Translations under genes and position numbers: made by a program
The notes under the pieces: model-generated
Told to the model about the DNA's origin: nothing
Database searches by the model: none
The model's input: the letters and a program-made list of their open reading frames with translations, nothing else
NCBI GenBank assembly: GCA_965112735.1
Contig: OZ218950.1
Coordinates: 744,001-808,000, forward strand
Reading direction: 5' to 3'
DNA: 64,000 nucleotides
Source of the DNA: Phaeosaccion multiseriatum
Taxonomy: Eukaryota; Protista; Ochrophyta, other classes
Part shown: in pieces, positions 9,941-23,616 of the stretch
Numbering within the stretch: the stretch's first letter is position 1
Layout: every line of letters starts with the position of its first letter

Positions 9941-12795
9941 AGACGACGCATGCCCCATGATTTGCATGACATGCATAGATTCATTTAGGTTAGGGGTACA
10001 GCAGCAAGAATACTCATGAGGGGAGAAGTAAGGTTCCTCCCTCCCTCCCTCCCTCCCTCTCTCCCTCCCTCCCTCCCTCTCTCCCTCCCTCCCTCCCTCC
10101 CCTCCCTCCCCTCCCCTCCCCCCTCCCTCCCTCCCTCCCTCCCTCCCTCTCCCTCTCTCTCTCTCACCTCGTCTCTATCCCTAAGCTCGTCCACCACATA
10201 GAGCCTGCTTGCGAGGAAGCACTCCTTGGCCACACTCGGGTCCAAGCGGTCGGGGCCGATGCATGCGTGGGCGAGTAAGCTGTGCAGCAGGTGGTGATAC
10301 AGCAGTCACAGAACACGCACGACACCAACGTTCAGCATTCCATTCGATCCAATCATTCCGAAGCAGGGCGAAGCAAGCAAGTGGGCAGGGCAGAGTAGCG
10401 ATGAGCGGCAGGGGGGATTCAGAGCGGCTCTTTCACAGCTTTCACAGCACATTGACAGTGTCAGAGCCTCAGACTGCTCGACCGAAATGGTCTTGAGACA
10501 AGCGGTCGCCTAAGGGTTTGAGTTTGAGTTTAAAGGAGGGAAGCGAAGCGGACACTGACACTGGCCGCTGGACATGACATGAACACTGACACTGGCAGGC
10601 AACTGCCCCGGCCATTCCACTGGCACTGGGTCCTGGCACTGGCCAAGGCACTGACACTGGACACTGACCTGCCCCAGTCCGTGAGTGAGAAGCGCTGCAG
10701 CACCTTTTTCACCACGCCGCGCCGCCGCCGGTCCATCTTCAGAGATAAATTGTTGATAGGGTACACCTGTTGGTCATTCGCCATTCGGTTAGTCATTTGT
10801 TGGCTGGCTGGTTGGTCCTTCGGTTGGTGATTCGGGTGGTCGCTTGTTTGTCTTTCGGGGTAAGCAAGTCGGCCTTGTACGGAGGACGCCACAGGATACA
10901 CACACACACCCATTGACTCACTACCCACCCACCTACTGACTTGCTACATACCTTCCAGAGCGCCTCGACGAGTCCTCCGTGCTCTCTCATCACCTTGTCC
11001 ACCCCCCGTGTGTATAGCCTCGCCTCTCGGTAGGCGTCATGGTCGGCCTTTGCGCTGACGGGAAGGCGCTCCTCCATGCAACACAGCAGAGCTCGCAGGC
11101 CCTGCAGAAGGCTGCTTTGGCTCTGACTCTGGCTTGAGGGAGGGAGGCTGGAGCTGCTGCATTTGTTGTTGTTGTTGTTGTTGTTGTTGGAGGTTACGAT
11201 TCCTCCCTCTCCTCCTCCTCCTCCTCCCACTGCCTCTTCCCCTCCTTCTACGGCTGCTGCTGCTGCTACTACCCCATTCGCCACCGACGTAGACGTGGAT
11301 GTCCGCTTGGCTTTCAAAGCTGCCGCCTTCAAACCCCCTCCTCCTTTCTTGCTGGGCTGTTTCTGACTGCGGTAGATGGCAGCCGATGTGCGCACGAGCA
11401 CCTCGAGCCATTGGTGCTCCAAGAGGTGGGCTTCAGAGAACTCCGCGAGGGTCTGAATGTCTTGGGTAGCCTCGCCGTCCTGGAGGGAGGGAGGGATGGA
11501 GGGGGCAGGAGGAGGAGGAGGAGGAGGAGGAGGAGGAATGCGCGTGTAGAAGTGAGAGATTGGCGTTCGTGCGTGCGTGCGTGCGTGCGTGCGTGCGTGG
11601 GTCCTGACCTTGTTCATGACTGCGATGAAGACTCTCTCGAGCTCATTGGCAAGCTGCTTGGGGGCCTCGGGACACACACACTGCGTGAACAGCAGGAACT
11701 GGGGGGGGTATGGCAGTGGATGGGGAGGAGGAGCAGCAGGAGGAGGAGCAGCAGTTGGTTATAGAGCAGAGTGGAAACATGCATCCCCTTCCCTTCCTTC
11801 CTTCCATCCTTCCTTCCTTCCTTCCTTCCTTCCTTTCTTTCTTCTGTCACTTGCTCCCGACCATTTGATGTGCTCCCATCCACTGCCATCCCTCCCCCTG
11901 TCCACCCCTCTCCCTCCCTCCCTCCCTCACTCTCTCCCCACCCTTCCTTCTCCCTCACCTGCTCGCGACTCAATTGATATGCCCCGGACACCGGCTCGCC
12001 CGTAGTGCCCCCTAAGCTCACAAAGTGATCAAAGGTACTTAATATCATCTTGAACGAAGCCCTCAGCACCCCCTCCACCTCCATGGACTCCTCCTCCACG
12101 GTTGCCTCTCCACTCGAGACGCGCTTGTTGCCCGACGCCACGAACCTCCACCACCGATCGTGCATCAACACCCGGGACCAGGTCACTGTGAAACGGTGGG
12201 CCATGACCCCGTCGGCTCGGTTATACACGTCACCCGCGCCTCTCTTGCACCCTCCTCCTCCTCCTCCTCCTCCTGCTGCTGCTGCTGCTGCTTGTGCTGC
12301 TGCTGCTGCTGCTTGTGCTGTTGTATCGCCAACTGCAGCATCACTAGGTGCCCCTCTGGAGGTGATGCTGTTGCTGGAGGAGTTCTGAGCCGTGGCCTTG
12401 CGTTCCAAACCCTTCCCAGGGGGCCCTCTTACGCCGCCGTTTGTGACACTAGGACCACTGCAAGTAGTGGTCACGTTGTTGTTCGTGCTCGTGTTGGTGA
12501 TACTCCCACGCCGCAGCAGACCCCATGTGCCATCACTACCCGCCCCTGCTCGTCCGTACATGAGGCCATCCAAGGCCAGCTCCCATGGTCTGTTTGGGTC
12601 TCCTCCTCCTGCGATACCCAAGCCGCCCCCCCCCACTGCTTCGAGACCGCTCCTGGGAGGGGGGTGAACTTCAATCGGCCGTCTCTCTTCCCAGGGGGGC
12701 ACGACAAAGCCGACGAAGGGGCAGGGAGGGGGGCGTGGCGCTCCCTCCCCACTCTCTCTACTGTCTCTCTTGTTGTGATGAGAGGAAGTCAGAGT
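9063..12795 (-). pseudogene. Duplicated 3' exons of the large gene (unit 2), lacking the 5' part
   Basis: Same exon peptides and GT-AG sites as 34252-37860 (e.g. [31 protein letters not shown]). An insertion near 9158 shifts the last exon. Confidence 0.8.
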
Positions 12796-13342
12796 GATAG
12801 AAGGAGCGCAGCGCGGCCCCGCACGTACTTCCCGCGGGCCATCCGCTGCCATCTCCCTCCCCCTCCTCCTCCCCCTCCTCCCCCGCCCCTGTGTCCATGG
12901 TCTATCCCCCCTCAGCAACGCCCACACGGGCGAGGGATTCGAATGAACAACAGCGGGTCTATGGATGGTTCAGGGATTAGTGGCAGCTCCTCGCACTCTC
13001 AGGAGGATGCTGGTGCCGGGCCCGTGCTGGGCGGTGCTGACTCGGAGTGAGCCCCTACCTCGCGCGAACGAAATCTTGAGCCCTCATTTACACTCTTGTT
13101 TGTAAAGAAACTCACCACTGCACGTGGAAAAACATCAAAATTCACACACAGCACATTCAGAAGCCCCCAAGTCACAGTTACTCGGCCCCTTCCACAGCAG
13201 TGAAGCGATGTGGGTGGCGACTGTTTTCATCAAGGTCCATCACGTGTATTGACTTACTCCACTCTTCACACCCACTGTACGAACCAAGCCTCAAGCTTCA
13301 CCACGGCGAAGGCGGTGAGGCGGACAGAAGGCCATCGGCTCA

Positions 13343-14557
13343 CTAAATCCCAAGTCCCGAGGTATCAGCAGCAGGGCCCTCCACACGCACGCACGCTCGC
13401 AGCGCCTTCCGTCCGCGCCTCTTCTTCTCACTCGCTGTCACCATGCTCTCCTCCAGCACCGCCCACTCCTCCTTCAGCTTGTCGTCATCATCATCCCCCC
13501 CTGCTCCTCCTGAGCGATAGCGGTGGTAGGCAGACACAAAGCCTCGGATCGTGCTCTCCAGGCTCGCCCCCTTCCTCTTTGTGCGCACAGCGAGGTGGGG
13601 CAGCAGCAACACTTTACTCCGGCCCACAGCCACCACCACGCCATTCGATAGCTCCCTGTCCCGACGGCCACAGAAGGCCGTGGCAGCTTCAGCCCCGCCA
13701 TCTTCCAGCCCTCTCCACAGGCCACAGGGCAGTTGAATCTCGTCCCCGACATGAAGCCTCAGCCCCGCAAGAATACCCACCCCATTCCCATCCTTCCCTT
13801 CCTCCTTCCTCTCCTCCTCTCCCTCATGCATTGAAGGGGGACATTTTGCCCTCTTGCTTCCTCTTTCATTGATGTCCTCCGCAGCTCCTCGCTTGGGCAC
13901 AGGCGTACAACGGGCAATCTCCTCCTTCTGCTCCGCTCCCTCCCTCTTCACTCGTGCATGCCTCAGGCACATCCCCCCTTGCTTCCGATGCTTCTCGCAC
14001 CCCTCAACAGTACACCTCTTCACCACAGCTCCATGGCCCTGGCAAAGTCCTCCTTGGATCCGCTGCTTCTTGCAACCCTCAACAGTACACCTCTTGGTCA
14101 CAGCCCCATGCCCTTTGCAAAGTCCTCCGCGTTGCGACTCCTTCTCGCACCCCTCAACAGTACACCTCTTCCGTACCACCACAGCCCCGTGGCCCTTGCA
14201 AAGCCCTTCTCGGACCCGTTGCTTGTCGCACCCCTCAACAGTACACCTCTTCACCACAGCACCGTGGGCCTGGCAAAGTCTCCCTTGTTGCGACTGCTTG
14301 TCGCACCCCTCAACAGTACACCCCTTCACCACAGCCCCGTGGGCCAGGCAAAGTCCTCCTTGGATCCGCTGCTTGTCGCAGCCCTCAACAGTACACCTCT
14401 TCACCACAGCTCCGTGGGCCTTGCAAAGTCCTCCTTGGATCCGCTGCTTCTTGCAACCCTCCACAGTACACCTCTTGGTCACAGCCCCATGCCCTTTGCA
14501 AAGTCCTCCCTGTTTCGACTGCTTCTCGCACCCCTCAACAGTACATCTCTTCCGCAT
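13343..14557 (-). CDS. Zinc-finger repeat protein copy 3 (8 fingers), 404 aa
   Basis: Intact ORF from the ATG at 14557; same architecture as copy 2. Confidence 0.88.
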   Translation of the reverse strand: MRKRCTVEGCEKQSKQGGLCKGHGAVTKRCTVEGCKKQRIQGGLCKAHGAVVKRCTVEGCDKQRIQGGLCLAHGAVVKGCTVEGCDKQSQQGRLCQAHGAVVKRCTVEGCDKQRVREGLCKGHGAVVVRKRCTVEGCEKESQRGGLCKGHGAVTKRCTVEGCKKQRIQGGLCQGHGAVVKRCTVEGCEKHRKQGGMCLRHARVKREGAEQKEEIARCTPVPKRGAAEDINERGSKRAKCPPSMHEGEEERKEEGKDGNGVGILAGLRLHVGDEIQLPCGLWRGLEDGGAEAATAFCGRRDRELSNGVVVAVGRSKVLLLPHLAVRTKRKGASLESTIRGFVSAYHRYRSGGAGGDDDDDKLKEEWAVLEESMVTASEKKRRGRKALRACVRVEGPAADTSGLGI

Positions 14558-15084
14558 TCTCACAACTCCGCGCCCTTCAAACAATCCTCCTTGCACCTCC
14601 TTCGCGTTTCTTCAAAAGAATACAAGTGCTCCCCCGTGGACAAGAAGGCTCTTACAGCCCTTCCTTCACTGTCTGTCGTGGTCAAGAGAAGAGAGAGAAG
14701 TCGAATGCTTATGTGCCAAGTTCAAGGCCTCCAACCCGCGCATCGGCTGAAGACAAAGGAGGATAGATCCCCTTGCGTCCAGCCCAAGTCTTGGAGAAGA
14801 GGAGGAGAGAAGGTTGTAAAAGAGGATAATCAAAAGAGGGAAGAGAGGGGAAAATATTTCTTAAGGGATGGGAGGGAGAGAAACAAAAAACAAAATGAAG
14901 GCCGGGCCCAATTTTTATTTTTTTTTCAATTTCAGCGTTTTGGATCTGGACGAGGAGCCCAGCTCGGAGTCCCACAGAGCTCCCCCCCGCAAACACTCTC
15001 CGAGGGGTTCGGGGCTTTACGAGGCCCAAAGACTGAGGACGATACAACGCTTGCCTTGTGTCAAGAACAAGAGCTTCCTCACAA

Positions 15085-15814
15085 CTACTCTTCCGGCTGC
15101 CCATCTGCTGCTACTGCCGCTGTATCACCAACTGCTGTGTCACCACCACTGGCGAGGGCGGCCTTGTGATCATGGAGGTGTATAACGGCCTTCCCGTCGT
15201 CCACGTGTCCCTTCATCAGGCAAATTACCTCCCCATGCGGCCACGTGCTGCTCAGACCGGCCACCAGCTGGGGCAGGATGGGATGGCAGTGGATGGGGAT
15301 GACGGGACGGGGGGGGGGGGGGCAAAGGGGAAACAACGGGGGGCGGGGTGAGTGCTTTCACTTCGAGGTGGAAGAGAAGGACATGGAGGGAGAGAGAGAG
15401 AGAGTTATCCCTCCATCATACAACTGCCGACGGCTTAGCGCTAAGCAGGTGGTGATACATAGCATATGCATAGTAGTTGGTGATACATTACATGCGCTAA
15501 CATGAGTCTACCCAGGCTTAAAGAAAGACTACATACCTCGCCAAGGAAGGAGCGCAACGCGGCCCCGCACGTACTTCCCGCGGGCCATCCACTGCCATCC
15601 CCCTCCCCCTTCTCCCCCTCCTCTTCCTCCTCCTGCTCCTCCTCCTCCTCATGCTCCTCCTCCTCCTCCTCCTCCTCCTCCTCCTCCTCCTCCCCCGCCC
15701 CTGTGTCCACGCTCTCGGTGACCATGGTCTGTCCCCCCGCAGCAACGCTGTCGGCCACACGCGCGAGGGCTTCCCAGAAGTCGAACAGCGTCAGGACTCC
15801 GTTCTGGGGTGGGT

Positions 15815-15870
<56 letters not shown>

Positions 15871-17532
15871 AGACGACGCATGCCCCATGATTTGCATGAC
15901 ATGCATAGATTCATTTAGGTTAGGGGTACAGCAGCAAGAATACTCATGAGGGGAGAAGTAAGGTTCCTCCCTCCCTCCCTCCCTCCCTCTCTCCCTCCCT
16001 CCCTCCCTCTCTCCCTCTCTCCCTCTCTCCCTCCCTCCCTCCCTCCCCTCCCTCCCCTCTCCTCCCCTCCCCTCCCTCCCTCCCTCTCCCTCTCTCTCTC
16101 TCACCTCGTCTCTATCCCTAAGCTCGTCCACTACATAGAGCCTGCTTGCGAGGAAGCACTCCTTGGCCACACTCGGGTCCAAGCGGTCGGGGCCGATGCC
16201 TGCGTGGGCGAGTAAGCTGTACAGCAGGTGGTGATACAGCAGTCACAGAACACGCACGACACCAACGTTCAGCATACCATTCGATCCAATCATTTCGAAG
16301 CAGGGCGAAGCAAGCAAGTGGGCAGGGCAGAGTAGCGATGAGCGGCAGGGGGGATTCAGAGCGGCTCTTTCACAGCTTTCAGAGCACATTCACAGAGTCA
16401 GAGCCTCAGACTGCTCGACCGAAATGGTCTTGAGACAAGCGGTCGCCTAAGGGTTTGAGTTTGAGTGTAAAGGAGGGAAGCGAAGCGGACACTGACACTG
16501 GCCGCTGGACATGACATGAGCACTGACACTGGCAGGCAACTGCCCCGGCCATTCCACGTTCCACTGGCACTGGGTCCTGGCACTGGCCAAGGCACTGACA
16601 CTGGACACTGACCTGCCCCAGTCCGTGAGTGAGAAGCGCTGCAGCACCTTTTTCACCACGCCGCGCCGCCGCCGGTCCATCTTCAGAGATAAATTGTTGA
16701 TAGGGTACACCTGTTGGTCATTCGCCATTCGGTTAGTCATTTGTTGGTTGGCTGGTTGGTCCTTCGGTTGGTGATTCGGGTGGTCGCTTGTTTGTCTTTC
16801 GGGGTAAGCAAGTCGGCCTTGTACGGAGGACGCCACAGGATACACACACACACCCATTGACTCACTACCCACCCACCTACTGACTTGCTACATACCTTCC
16901 AGAGCGCCTCGACGAGTCCTCCGTGCTCTCTCATCACCTTGTCCACCCCCCGTGTGTATAGCCTCGCCTCTCGGTAGGCGTCATGGTCGGCCTTTGCGCT
17001 GACGGGAAGGCGCTCCTCCATGCAACACAGCAGAGCTCGCAGGCCCTGCAGAAGGCTGCTTTGGCTCTGACTCTGGCTTGAGGGAGGGAGGCTGGAGCTG
17101 CTGCATTTGTTGTTGTTGTTGTTGTTGTTGTTGGAGGTTACGATTCCTCCCTCTCCTCCTCCTCCTCCTCCTCCCAATGCCTCTTCCCCTCCTTCTACGG
17201 CTGCTGCTGCTGCTACTACCCCATTCGCCACCGACGTAGACGTGGATGTCCGCTTGGCTTTCAAGGCTGCCGCCTTCAAACCCCCTCCTCCTTTCTTGCT
17301 GGGCTGTTTCTGACTGCGGTAGATGGCAGCCGATGTGCGCACGAGCACCTCGAGCCATTGGTGCTCCAAGAGGTGGGCTTCAGAGAACTCCGCGAGGGTC
17401 TGAATGTCTTGGGTAGCCTCGCCGTCCTGGAGGGAGGGAGGGATGGAGGGAGGGAGGGATGGAGGGGGGAGGAGGAGGAGGAGGAGGAGGAGGAGGAGGA
17501 ATGCGCGTGTAAAAGTGAGAGATTGGCGTTCG

Positions 17533-17576
<44 letters not shown>

Positions 17577-18730
17577 TGGGTCCTGACCTTGTTCATGACT
17601 GCGATGAAGACTCTCTCGAGCTCATTGGCAAGCTGCTTGGGGGCCTCGGGACACACACACTGCGTGAACAGCAGGAACTGGGGGGGGTATGGCAGTGGAT
17701 GGGGAGGAGGAGCAGCAGGAGGAGGAGCAGCAGTTGGTTATAGAGCAGAGTGGAAACATGCATCCCCTTTCCTTCCTTCCTTCCTTCCTTCCTTCCATCC
17801 TTCCTTCCTTCCTTCTGTCACTTGCTCCCGACCATTTGGTGTGCTCCCATCCACTGCCATCCCTCCCCCTGTCCACCCCTCTCCCTCCCTCCCTCCCTCA
17901 CCTGCTCGCGACTCAATTGATATGCCCCGGACACCGGCTCGCCCGTAGTGCCCCCTAAGCTCACAAAGTGATCAAAGGTACTTAAAATCATCTTGAACGA
18001 AGCCCTCAGCACCCCCTCCACCTCCATGGACTCCTCCTCCACGGTTGCCTCTCCACTCGAGACGCGCTTGTTGCCCGACGCCACGAACCTCCACCACCGA
18101 TCGTGCATCAACACCCGGGACCAGGTCACTGTGAAACGGTGGGCCATGACCCCGTCGGCTCGGTTATACACGTCACCCGCGCCTCTCTTGCACCCTCCTC
18201 CTCCTCCTCCTCCTCCTCCTGCTGCTGCTGCTGCTGCTGCTGCTTGTGCTGTTGTATCGCCAACTGCAGCATCACTAGGTGCCCCTCTGGAGGTGATGCT
18301 GTTGCTGGAGGAGTTCTGAGCCCCGGCCTTACGTTCCAAACCCTTCCCAGGGGCCCCTCTTACGCCGCCGTTTGTGACAATAGGACCACTGCAAGTAGTG
18401 GTCACGTTGTTGTTCGTGCTCGTGTTGGTGATACTCCCACGCCGCAGCAGACCCCCTGTGCCATCACTACCCGCCCCTGCTCGTCCGTACATGAGGCCAT
18501 CCAAGGCCAGTTCCCATGGTCTGTTTGGGTCTCCTCCTCCTGCGATACCCAAGCCTCCCCCCCCCACTGCTTCGAGACCGCTCCTGGGAGGGGGGTGAAC
18601 TTCAATCGGCCGTCTCTCTTCCCAGGGGGGCACGACAAAGCCGACGAAGGGGCAGGGAGGGGGGCGTGGCGCTCCCTCCCCACTCTCTCTACTGTCTCTC
18701 TTGTTGTGATGAGAGGAAGTCAGAGTGATA
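15085..18730 (-). pseudogene. Duplicated 3' exons of the large gene (unit 3)
   Basis: Colinear with 34252-37860; 5' part absent. Confidence 0.8.
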
Positions 18731-19037
18731 GAAGGAGCGCAGCGCGGCCCCTTACGTACTTCCCGCGGGCCATCCGCTGCCATCCCCCTCCCCCTCCTCC
18801 TCCCCCTCCTCCCCCGCCCCTGTGTCCATGGTCTATCCCCCCTCAGCAACGCCCACACGGGCGAGGGATTCGAATGAACAACAGTGTGTCTATGGATGAC
18901 TCAGGGATTAGTAGCAGCTCCTCGCACTCTCAGGAGGATGCTGGTGCCGGGCCCGTGCTGGGCGGTGCTGACTCGGAGTGAGCCCCTGCCTCGCGCGAAC
19001 GAAATCTTGAGCCCTCATTTACACTCTTGTTTGTAAA

Positions 19038-19166
19038 GAAGCTCACCACTGCACATAGAAATACATCAAAATTCACACACAGCACATTCAGAAGCCCCCA
19101 AGAAACTCACCACTGCACGTGGAAATACATCAAAATTCACACACAGCACATTCATAAGCCCCCAAG
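19038..19166. repeat. Local ~64-bp tandem duplication specific to unit 4
   Basis: CTCACCACTGCAC...AAAATTCACACACAGCACATTCA.AAGCCCCCAAG occurs twice here and once in the other units. Confidence 0.85.
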
Positions 19167-19337
19167 TCTCAGTTACTCGGCCCCTTCCACAGCAGTGAAG
19201 CGATGTGGGTGGCGACTGTTTTCATCAAGGTCCATCACGTGTATTGACTTACTCTACTCTTCACACCCACTGTACGAAACAAGCCTCAAGCTTCACCACG
19301 GCGAAGGCGATACGGCGGACGGAAGGCCATCGGGTCA

Positions 19338-20477
19338 CTAAATCCCAAGTCCCGAGGTATCAGCAGCAGGGCCCTCCACACGCACGCACGCTCGCAGCGC
19401 CTTCCGTCCGCGCCTCTTCTTCTCACTCGCCGTCACCATGCTCTCCTCCAGCACCGCCCACTCCTCCTTCAGCTTGTCGTCATCATCATCCTCCCCTGCT
19501 CCTCCTGAGCGATAGCGGTGGTAGGCAGACACAAAGCCTCGGATCGTGCTCTCCAGGCTCGCCCCCTTCCTCTTTGTGCGCACAGCGAGGTGGGGCAGCA
19601 GCAACACTTTACTCCGGCCCACAGCAACCACCACGCCATTCGATAGCTCCCTGCCCCGACGGCCGCAGAAGGCCGTGGCAGCATCAGCCCCGCCATCTTC
19701 CAGCCCTCTCCACAGGCCACAGGGTAGTTGAATCTCGTCCCCGACATGAAGCCCCAGCCCCGCAGGAAAACCCACCCCATTCCCATCCTCCAGTGCCTCC
19801 TTCCTCTCCTCCCCTCCCCCAGGCATTGAAGGGGCGCATTTCGCCCTCTTGCTTCCTCTCCCATTGATGTCCTCCGCAGCTCCTCGCTTGGGCACAGGCG
19901 CACACCGGGCAATCTCCTCCTTCTGCTCCGCTCCCTCCCTCTTCACTCGTGCATGCCTCTGGCACATCCCACCTTGCTTCGGATACTTATCACACCCCTC
20001 AACAGTACACTTCTTCCGTACCATCACAGCTCCGTGCTCAAGGCAAAGTCCCCCCTGCTTCGGTTGCTTGTCGCACCCCTCAACAGTACACCTCTTCCTC
20101 ACAGCCCCGTGGGCCACGCAAAGTCCTCCCTGTTTCGACTGCTTCTCGCACCCCTCAACAGTACACCTCTTGGTCACGGCTCCGTGGGCCAGGCAAAGTC
20201 CTCCTTGGACCCGATGCTTGTCGCACCCCTCAACAGTACACCTCTTCACCACAGCCCCGTGGGCCACGCAAAGTCCTCCCTGTCGCGACTGCTTCTCGCA
20301 CCCCTCAACAGTACACCCCTTCACCACAGCCCCGTGGGCCTGGCAAAGTCCTCCCTGTCGCGACTGCTTCTCGCACCCCTCAACATTACACCCCTTCACC
20401 ACAGCCCCGTGCCCAAGGCAAAGTCCCCCCTGCTTCGGGTGCTTGTCGCAACCCTCAACAGTACATCTCTTCCGCAT
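19338..20477 (-). CDS. Zinc-finger repeat protein copy 4 (7 fingers), 379 aa
   Basis: Intact ORF from the ATG at 20477. Confidence 0.88.
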   Translation of the reverse strand: MRKRCTVEGCDKHPKQGGLCLGHGAVVKGCNVEGCEKQSRQGGLCQAHGAVVKGCTVEGCEKQSRQGGLCVAHGAVVKRCTVEGCDKHRVQGGLCLAHGAVTKRCTVEGCEKQSKQGGLCVAHGAVRKRCTVEGCDKQPKQGGLCLEHGAVMVRKKCTVEGCDKYPKQGGMCQRHARVKREGAEQKEEIARCAPVPKRGAAEDINGRGSKRAKCAPSMPGGGEERKEALEDGNGVGFPAGLGLHVGDEIQLPCGLWRGLEDGGADAATAFCGRRGRELSNGVVVAVGRSKVLLLPHLAVRTKRKGASLESTIRGFVSAYHRYRSGGAGEDDDDDKLKEEWAVLEESMVTASEKKRRGRKALRACVRVEGPAADTSGLGI

Positions 20478-20995
20478 TCTCACAACTCCGCGCCCTTCAA
20501 ACAATCCTCCTTGCACCTCCTTCGCGTTTCTTCAAAAGAATACAAGTGCTCCCCCGTGGACAAGAAGGCTCTTACAGCCCTTCCTTCACTGTCTGTCGTG
20601 GTCAAGAGAAGAGAGAGAAGTCGAATGCTTATGTGCCAAGTTCAAGGCCTCCAACCCGCGCATCGGCTGAAGACAAAGGAGGATAGATCCCCTTGCGTCC
20701 AGCCCAAGTCTTGGAGAAGAGGAGGAGAGAAGGTTGTAAAAGAGGATAATCAAAAGAGGGAAGAGAGGGGAAAATATTTCTTAAGGGATGGGAGGGAGAG
20801 AAACAAAAAAAAATGAAAGGCGCTTTATATTTTTCAATTTCAGCGTATTGGATCTGGACGAGGAGCCCAGCTCGGAGTCCCACAGAGGACCCCCTGCAAA
20901 CACTCTCCCCCCGAGGGGTTCGGGGCTTTACGAGGCCCAAAGACTGAGGACGATACAACGCTCGCCTTGTGTCAAGAACAAGAGCTTCCTCACGA

Positions 20996-21832
20996 CTACT
21001 CTTCCGGCTGCCCATCTGCTGCTACTGCCGCTGTATCACCAACTGCTGTGTCACCACCACTGGCGAGGGCGGCCTTGTGATCATGGAGGTGTATAACGGC
21101 CTTCCCGTCGTCCACGTGTCCCTTCATCAGGCAAATTACCTCCCCATGCGGCCACGTGCTGCTCAGACCGGCCACCAGCTGGGGCAGGATGGGATGGCAG
21201 TGGATGGGGATGACGGGACCGGGGGGGGGGGGGCAAAGGGGAATCAAAGGGGGGCGGGGGGGGAGGGGCGAAGGAGAGAGAGGATGAGTGCTTTCACTTC
21301 GAGGTGGAAGAGAAGGACATGGAGGGAGAGAGAGATAGAGTTATCCCTCCATCACACAACTGCCGACGGCTTAGCGCTAAGCAGGTGGTGATACATAGCA
21401 TATGCATAGTAGTTGGTGATACATTACATGCGCTAACATGAGTCTACCCAGGCTTAAAGAAAGACTACATACCTCGCCAAGGAAGGAGCGCAACGCGGCC
21501 CCGCACGTACTTCCCGCGGGCCATCCACTGCCATCCCCCTCCCCCTTCTCCCCCTCCTCTTCCTCCTCCTCCTCCTCCTCCTCCTCCTCCTCCTCCTCCT
21601 CCTCCTCCTCCTCCTCCTCCTCCTCCTCCTCCTCCTCCTCCTCCTCCTCCTCCTCCTCCTCCTCCTCCTCCTCCTCCTCCTCCTCCTCCTCCTCCTCCTC
21701 CTCCTCCTCCTCCCCCGCCCCTGTGTCCACGCTCTCGGTGACCATGGTCTGTCCCCCCGCAGCAACGCTGTCGGCCACACGCGCGAGGGCTTCCCAGAAG
21801 TCGAACAGCGTCAGGACTCCGTTCTGGGGTGG

Positions 21833-21908
<76 letters not shown>

Positions 21909-23580
21909 AGACGACGCATGCCCCATGATTTGCATGACATGCATAGATTCATTTAGGTTAGGGGTACAGCAGCAAGAATACTCATGAGGGGAGAAGTAAG
22001 GTTCCTCCCTCCCTCCCTCCCTCCCTCTCTCCCTCCCTCCCTCTCTCCCTCTCTCCCTCCCTCCCTCCGTCCCCTCCCTCCCCTCTCCTCCCCTCCTTTC
22101 CCTCCCTCCCTCCCTCCCTCTCCCTCTCTCTCTCTCACCTCGTCTCTATCCCTAAGCTCGTCCACCACATAGAGCCTGCTTGCGAGGAAGCACTCCTTGG
22201 CCACACTCGGGTCCAAGCGGTCGGGGCCGATGCCTGCGTGGGCGAGTAAGCTGTACAGCAGGTGGTGATACAGCAGTCACAGAACACGCACGACACCAAC
22301 GTTCAGCATACCATTCGATCCAATCATTTCGAAGCAGGGCGAAGCAAGCAAGTGGGCAGGGCAGAGTAGCGATGAGCGGCAGGGGGGATTCAGAGCGGCT
22401 CTTTCACAGCTTTCAGAGCACATTCACAGAGTCAGAGCCTCAGACTGCTCGACCGAAATGGTCTTGAGACAAGCGGTCGCCTAAGGGTTTGAGTTTGAGT
22501 GTAAAGGAGGGAAGCGAAGCGGACACTGACACTGGCCGCTGGACATGACATGAGCACTGACACTGGCAGGCAACTGCCCCGGCCATTCCACGTTCCACTG
22601 GCACTGGGTCCTGGCACTGGCCAAGGCACTGACACTGGACACTGACCTGCCCCAGTCCGTGAGTGAGAAGCGCTGCAGCACCTTTTTCACCACGCCGCGC
22701 CGCCGCCGGTCCATCTTCAGAGATAAATTGTTGATAGGGTACACCTGTTGGTCATTCGCCATTCGGTTAGTCATTTGTTGGTTGGCTGGTTGGTCCTTCG
22801 GTTGGTGATTCGGGTGGTCGCTTGTTTGTCTTTCGGGGTAAGCAAGTCGGCCTTGTACGGAGGACGCCACAGGATACACACACACACCCATTGACTCACT
22901 ACCCACCCACCTACTGACTTGCTACATACCTTCCAGAGCGCCTCGACGAGTCCTCCGTGCTCTCTCATCACCTTGTCCACCCCCCGTGTGTATAGCCTCG
23001 CCTCTCGGTAGGCGTCATGGTCGGCCTTTGCGCTGACGGGAAGGCGCTCCTCCATGCAACACAGCAGAGCTCGCAGGCCCTGCAGAAGGCTGCTTTGGCT
23101 CTGACTCTGGCTTGAGGGAGGGAGGCTGGAGCTGCTGCATTTGTTGTTGTTGTTGTTGTTGTTGTTGGAGGTTACGATTCCTTCCTCTCCTCCTCCTCCT
23201 CCTCCCACTGCCTCTTCCCCTCCTTCTACGGCTGCTGCTGCTGCTACTACCCCATTCGCCACCGACGTAGACGTGGATGTCCGCTTGGCTTTCAAGGCTG
23301 CCGCCTTCAAACCCCCTCCTCCTTTCTTGCTGGGCTGTTTCTGACTGCGGTAGATGGCAGCCGATGTGCGCACGAGCACCTCGAGCCATTGGTGCTCCAA
23401 GAGGTGGGCTTCAGAGAACTCCGCGAGGGTCTGAATGTCTTGGGTAGCCTCGCCGTCCTGGAGGGAGGGAGGGATGGAGGGAGGAGGAGGAGGAGGAGGA
23501 GGAGGAGGAGGAGGAGGAGGAGGAGGAGGAGGAGGAGGAGGAGGAGGAATGCGCGTGTAAAAGTGAGAGATTGGCGTTCG

Positions 23581-23616
<36 letters not shown>

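Noticed and set aside
9984-9996. Telomere-like TTTAGGTTAGGG (also ~53146 and in each unit)
   Set aside because: Only two imperfect units. On the minus strand it is CCCTAACCTAAA upstream of an acceptor, consistent with a branch point.
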